Of a DNA stretch of 27,070 nucleotides, positions 26,519 through 27,070 are shown in pieces. The translations under genes were made by a program, and so were the position numbers. The first letter of the stretch is position 1. Every line of letters starts with the position of its first letter. Source of the DNA: a virus (Duplodnaviria; Heunggongvirae; Uroviricota; Caudoviricetes); the IMG/VR virus record IMGVR_UViG_2651869694_000009, positions 1 to 27,070 of that record. One strand, written 5' to 3'. The notes under the pieces were generated by a model, which was given only the letters and a program-made list of their open reading frames with translations, ran no database searches and had not been told where the DNA came from.

Positions 26519-27070
26519 ATGCTCATCGGCTATGTACGCGTGTCAACAAATGACCAGAACACTGCATTGCAACGAAACGCGCTGGAGTGCGCAGGATGTG
26601 AACTGATATTCGAGGATAAGATCAGCGGCAGAACGTCTGACAGGCCGGGCTTGAAGAAAGTACTCAGGACTCTGTCTGAAGGCGATACGCTGGTGGTCTG
26701 GAAACTGGATCGACTCGGTCGCAGCATGCGGCATCTTGTCGTTTTGGTGGAGGAGCTTCGGGAAAAGGGTATTAACTTTCGCAGCCTGACCGACAGCATA
26801 GATACGTCTTCACCAATGGGACGCTTTTTCTTCCATGTCATGGGCGCACTTGCAGAAATGGAAAGGGAGCTGATAGTCGAACGTACCAGGGCGGGATTGG
26901 CTGCGGCTCGTGAAGAAGGGCGAATAGGTGGGCGTCGATCAAAGCTAACTGATGAACAGTGGGCGCAGGCAGGCAGGTTGATTGCAGCAGGTGAATCACG
27001 ACAGCGTGTGGCATTAATTTACGATGTTGGGATATCGACGCTATATAAAAAATTTCCGGCAACCAGGTAA
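26519..27070 (+). CDS. pin: Site-specific DNA invertase (serine recombinase, Pin/Gin/Hin family)
   Basis: MLIGYVRVSTNDQNTALQRNAL... with the catalytic Ser in the VRVST motif and a C-terminal HTH. Very similar to E. coli e14 Pin as I remember it. Stop codon at the last three bases of the window. Confidence 0.92.
   Translation: MLIGYVRVSTNDQNTALQRNALECAGCELIFEDKISGRTSDRPGLKKVLRTLSEGDTLVVWKLDRLGRSMRHLVVLVEELREKGINFRSLTDSIDTSSPMGRFFFHVMGALAEMERELIVERTRAGLAAAREEGRIGGRRSKLTDEQWAQAGRLIAAGESRQRVALIYDVGISTLYKKFPATR

Larger units (their letters stand above)
1..27070 (+). mobile_element. Prophage late region (e14/SfV-like mosaic: lambdoid Q and lysis genes, HK97-type head, Mu-like contractile tail, Pin inversion system); both ends continue outside the window
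   Basis: Uninterrupted, co-oriented phage gene order from Q antiterminator to DNA invertase; individual calls are listed below. No att site or integrase is in the window. Confidence 0.9.

Noticed and set aside
1-27070. CRISPR array, integrase / att site, or toxin cargo such as stx in the Q-to-lysis interval
   Set aside because: No spaced direct-repeat array seen. The window ends at the invertase without a prophage boundary. The Q-to-holin interval carries a membrane protein and a methyltransferase, with no AB5-toxin-like ORFs.

Overview
This window is the late half of a temperate, contractile-tailed prophage from an enterobacterium, resembling the e14 / SfV type, with all backbone genes on the + strand. 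All family assignments below come from reading the translations and from remembered sequences and motifs; no database search or program was run. Order of modules: (1) lambdoid late control and lysis: a DUF968 (YdfU-like) protein, antiterminator Q, a lambda-S-like holin, an endolysin nearly identical to lambda R, and overlapped Rz/Rz1 spanins; (2) HK97-type packaging and head: HNH endonuclease, small and large terminase, portal, prohead protease, major capsid protein, connector proteins; (3) Mu-like contractile tail and baseplate: sheath, tube, frameshifted chaperone, tape measure, and homologues of Mu gp43 to gp48; (4) an invertible tail-fibre segment with two alternative fibre C-termini and two assembly chaperones, flanked by 26-bp crossover sites and followed by a Pin-family invertase. 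Two AT-rich cassettes on the opposite strand interrupt this backbone at classic moron positions and are the best candidates for an undescribed system. The first (1632-2651) encodes a 339-aa single-pass membrane protein between Q and the lysis genes, next to a small winged-helix protein and an orphan beta-class DNA methyltransferase. The second (5800-6805) is a two-gene operon between Rz1 and the HNH endonuclease, made of a small acidic protein and a 208-aa protein with a possible PD-(D/E)xK-like nuclease signature. No rRNA, tRNA or CRISPR array was found, and no integrase or attachment site lies inside the window.
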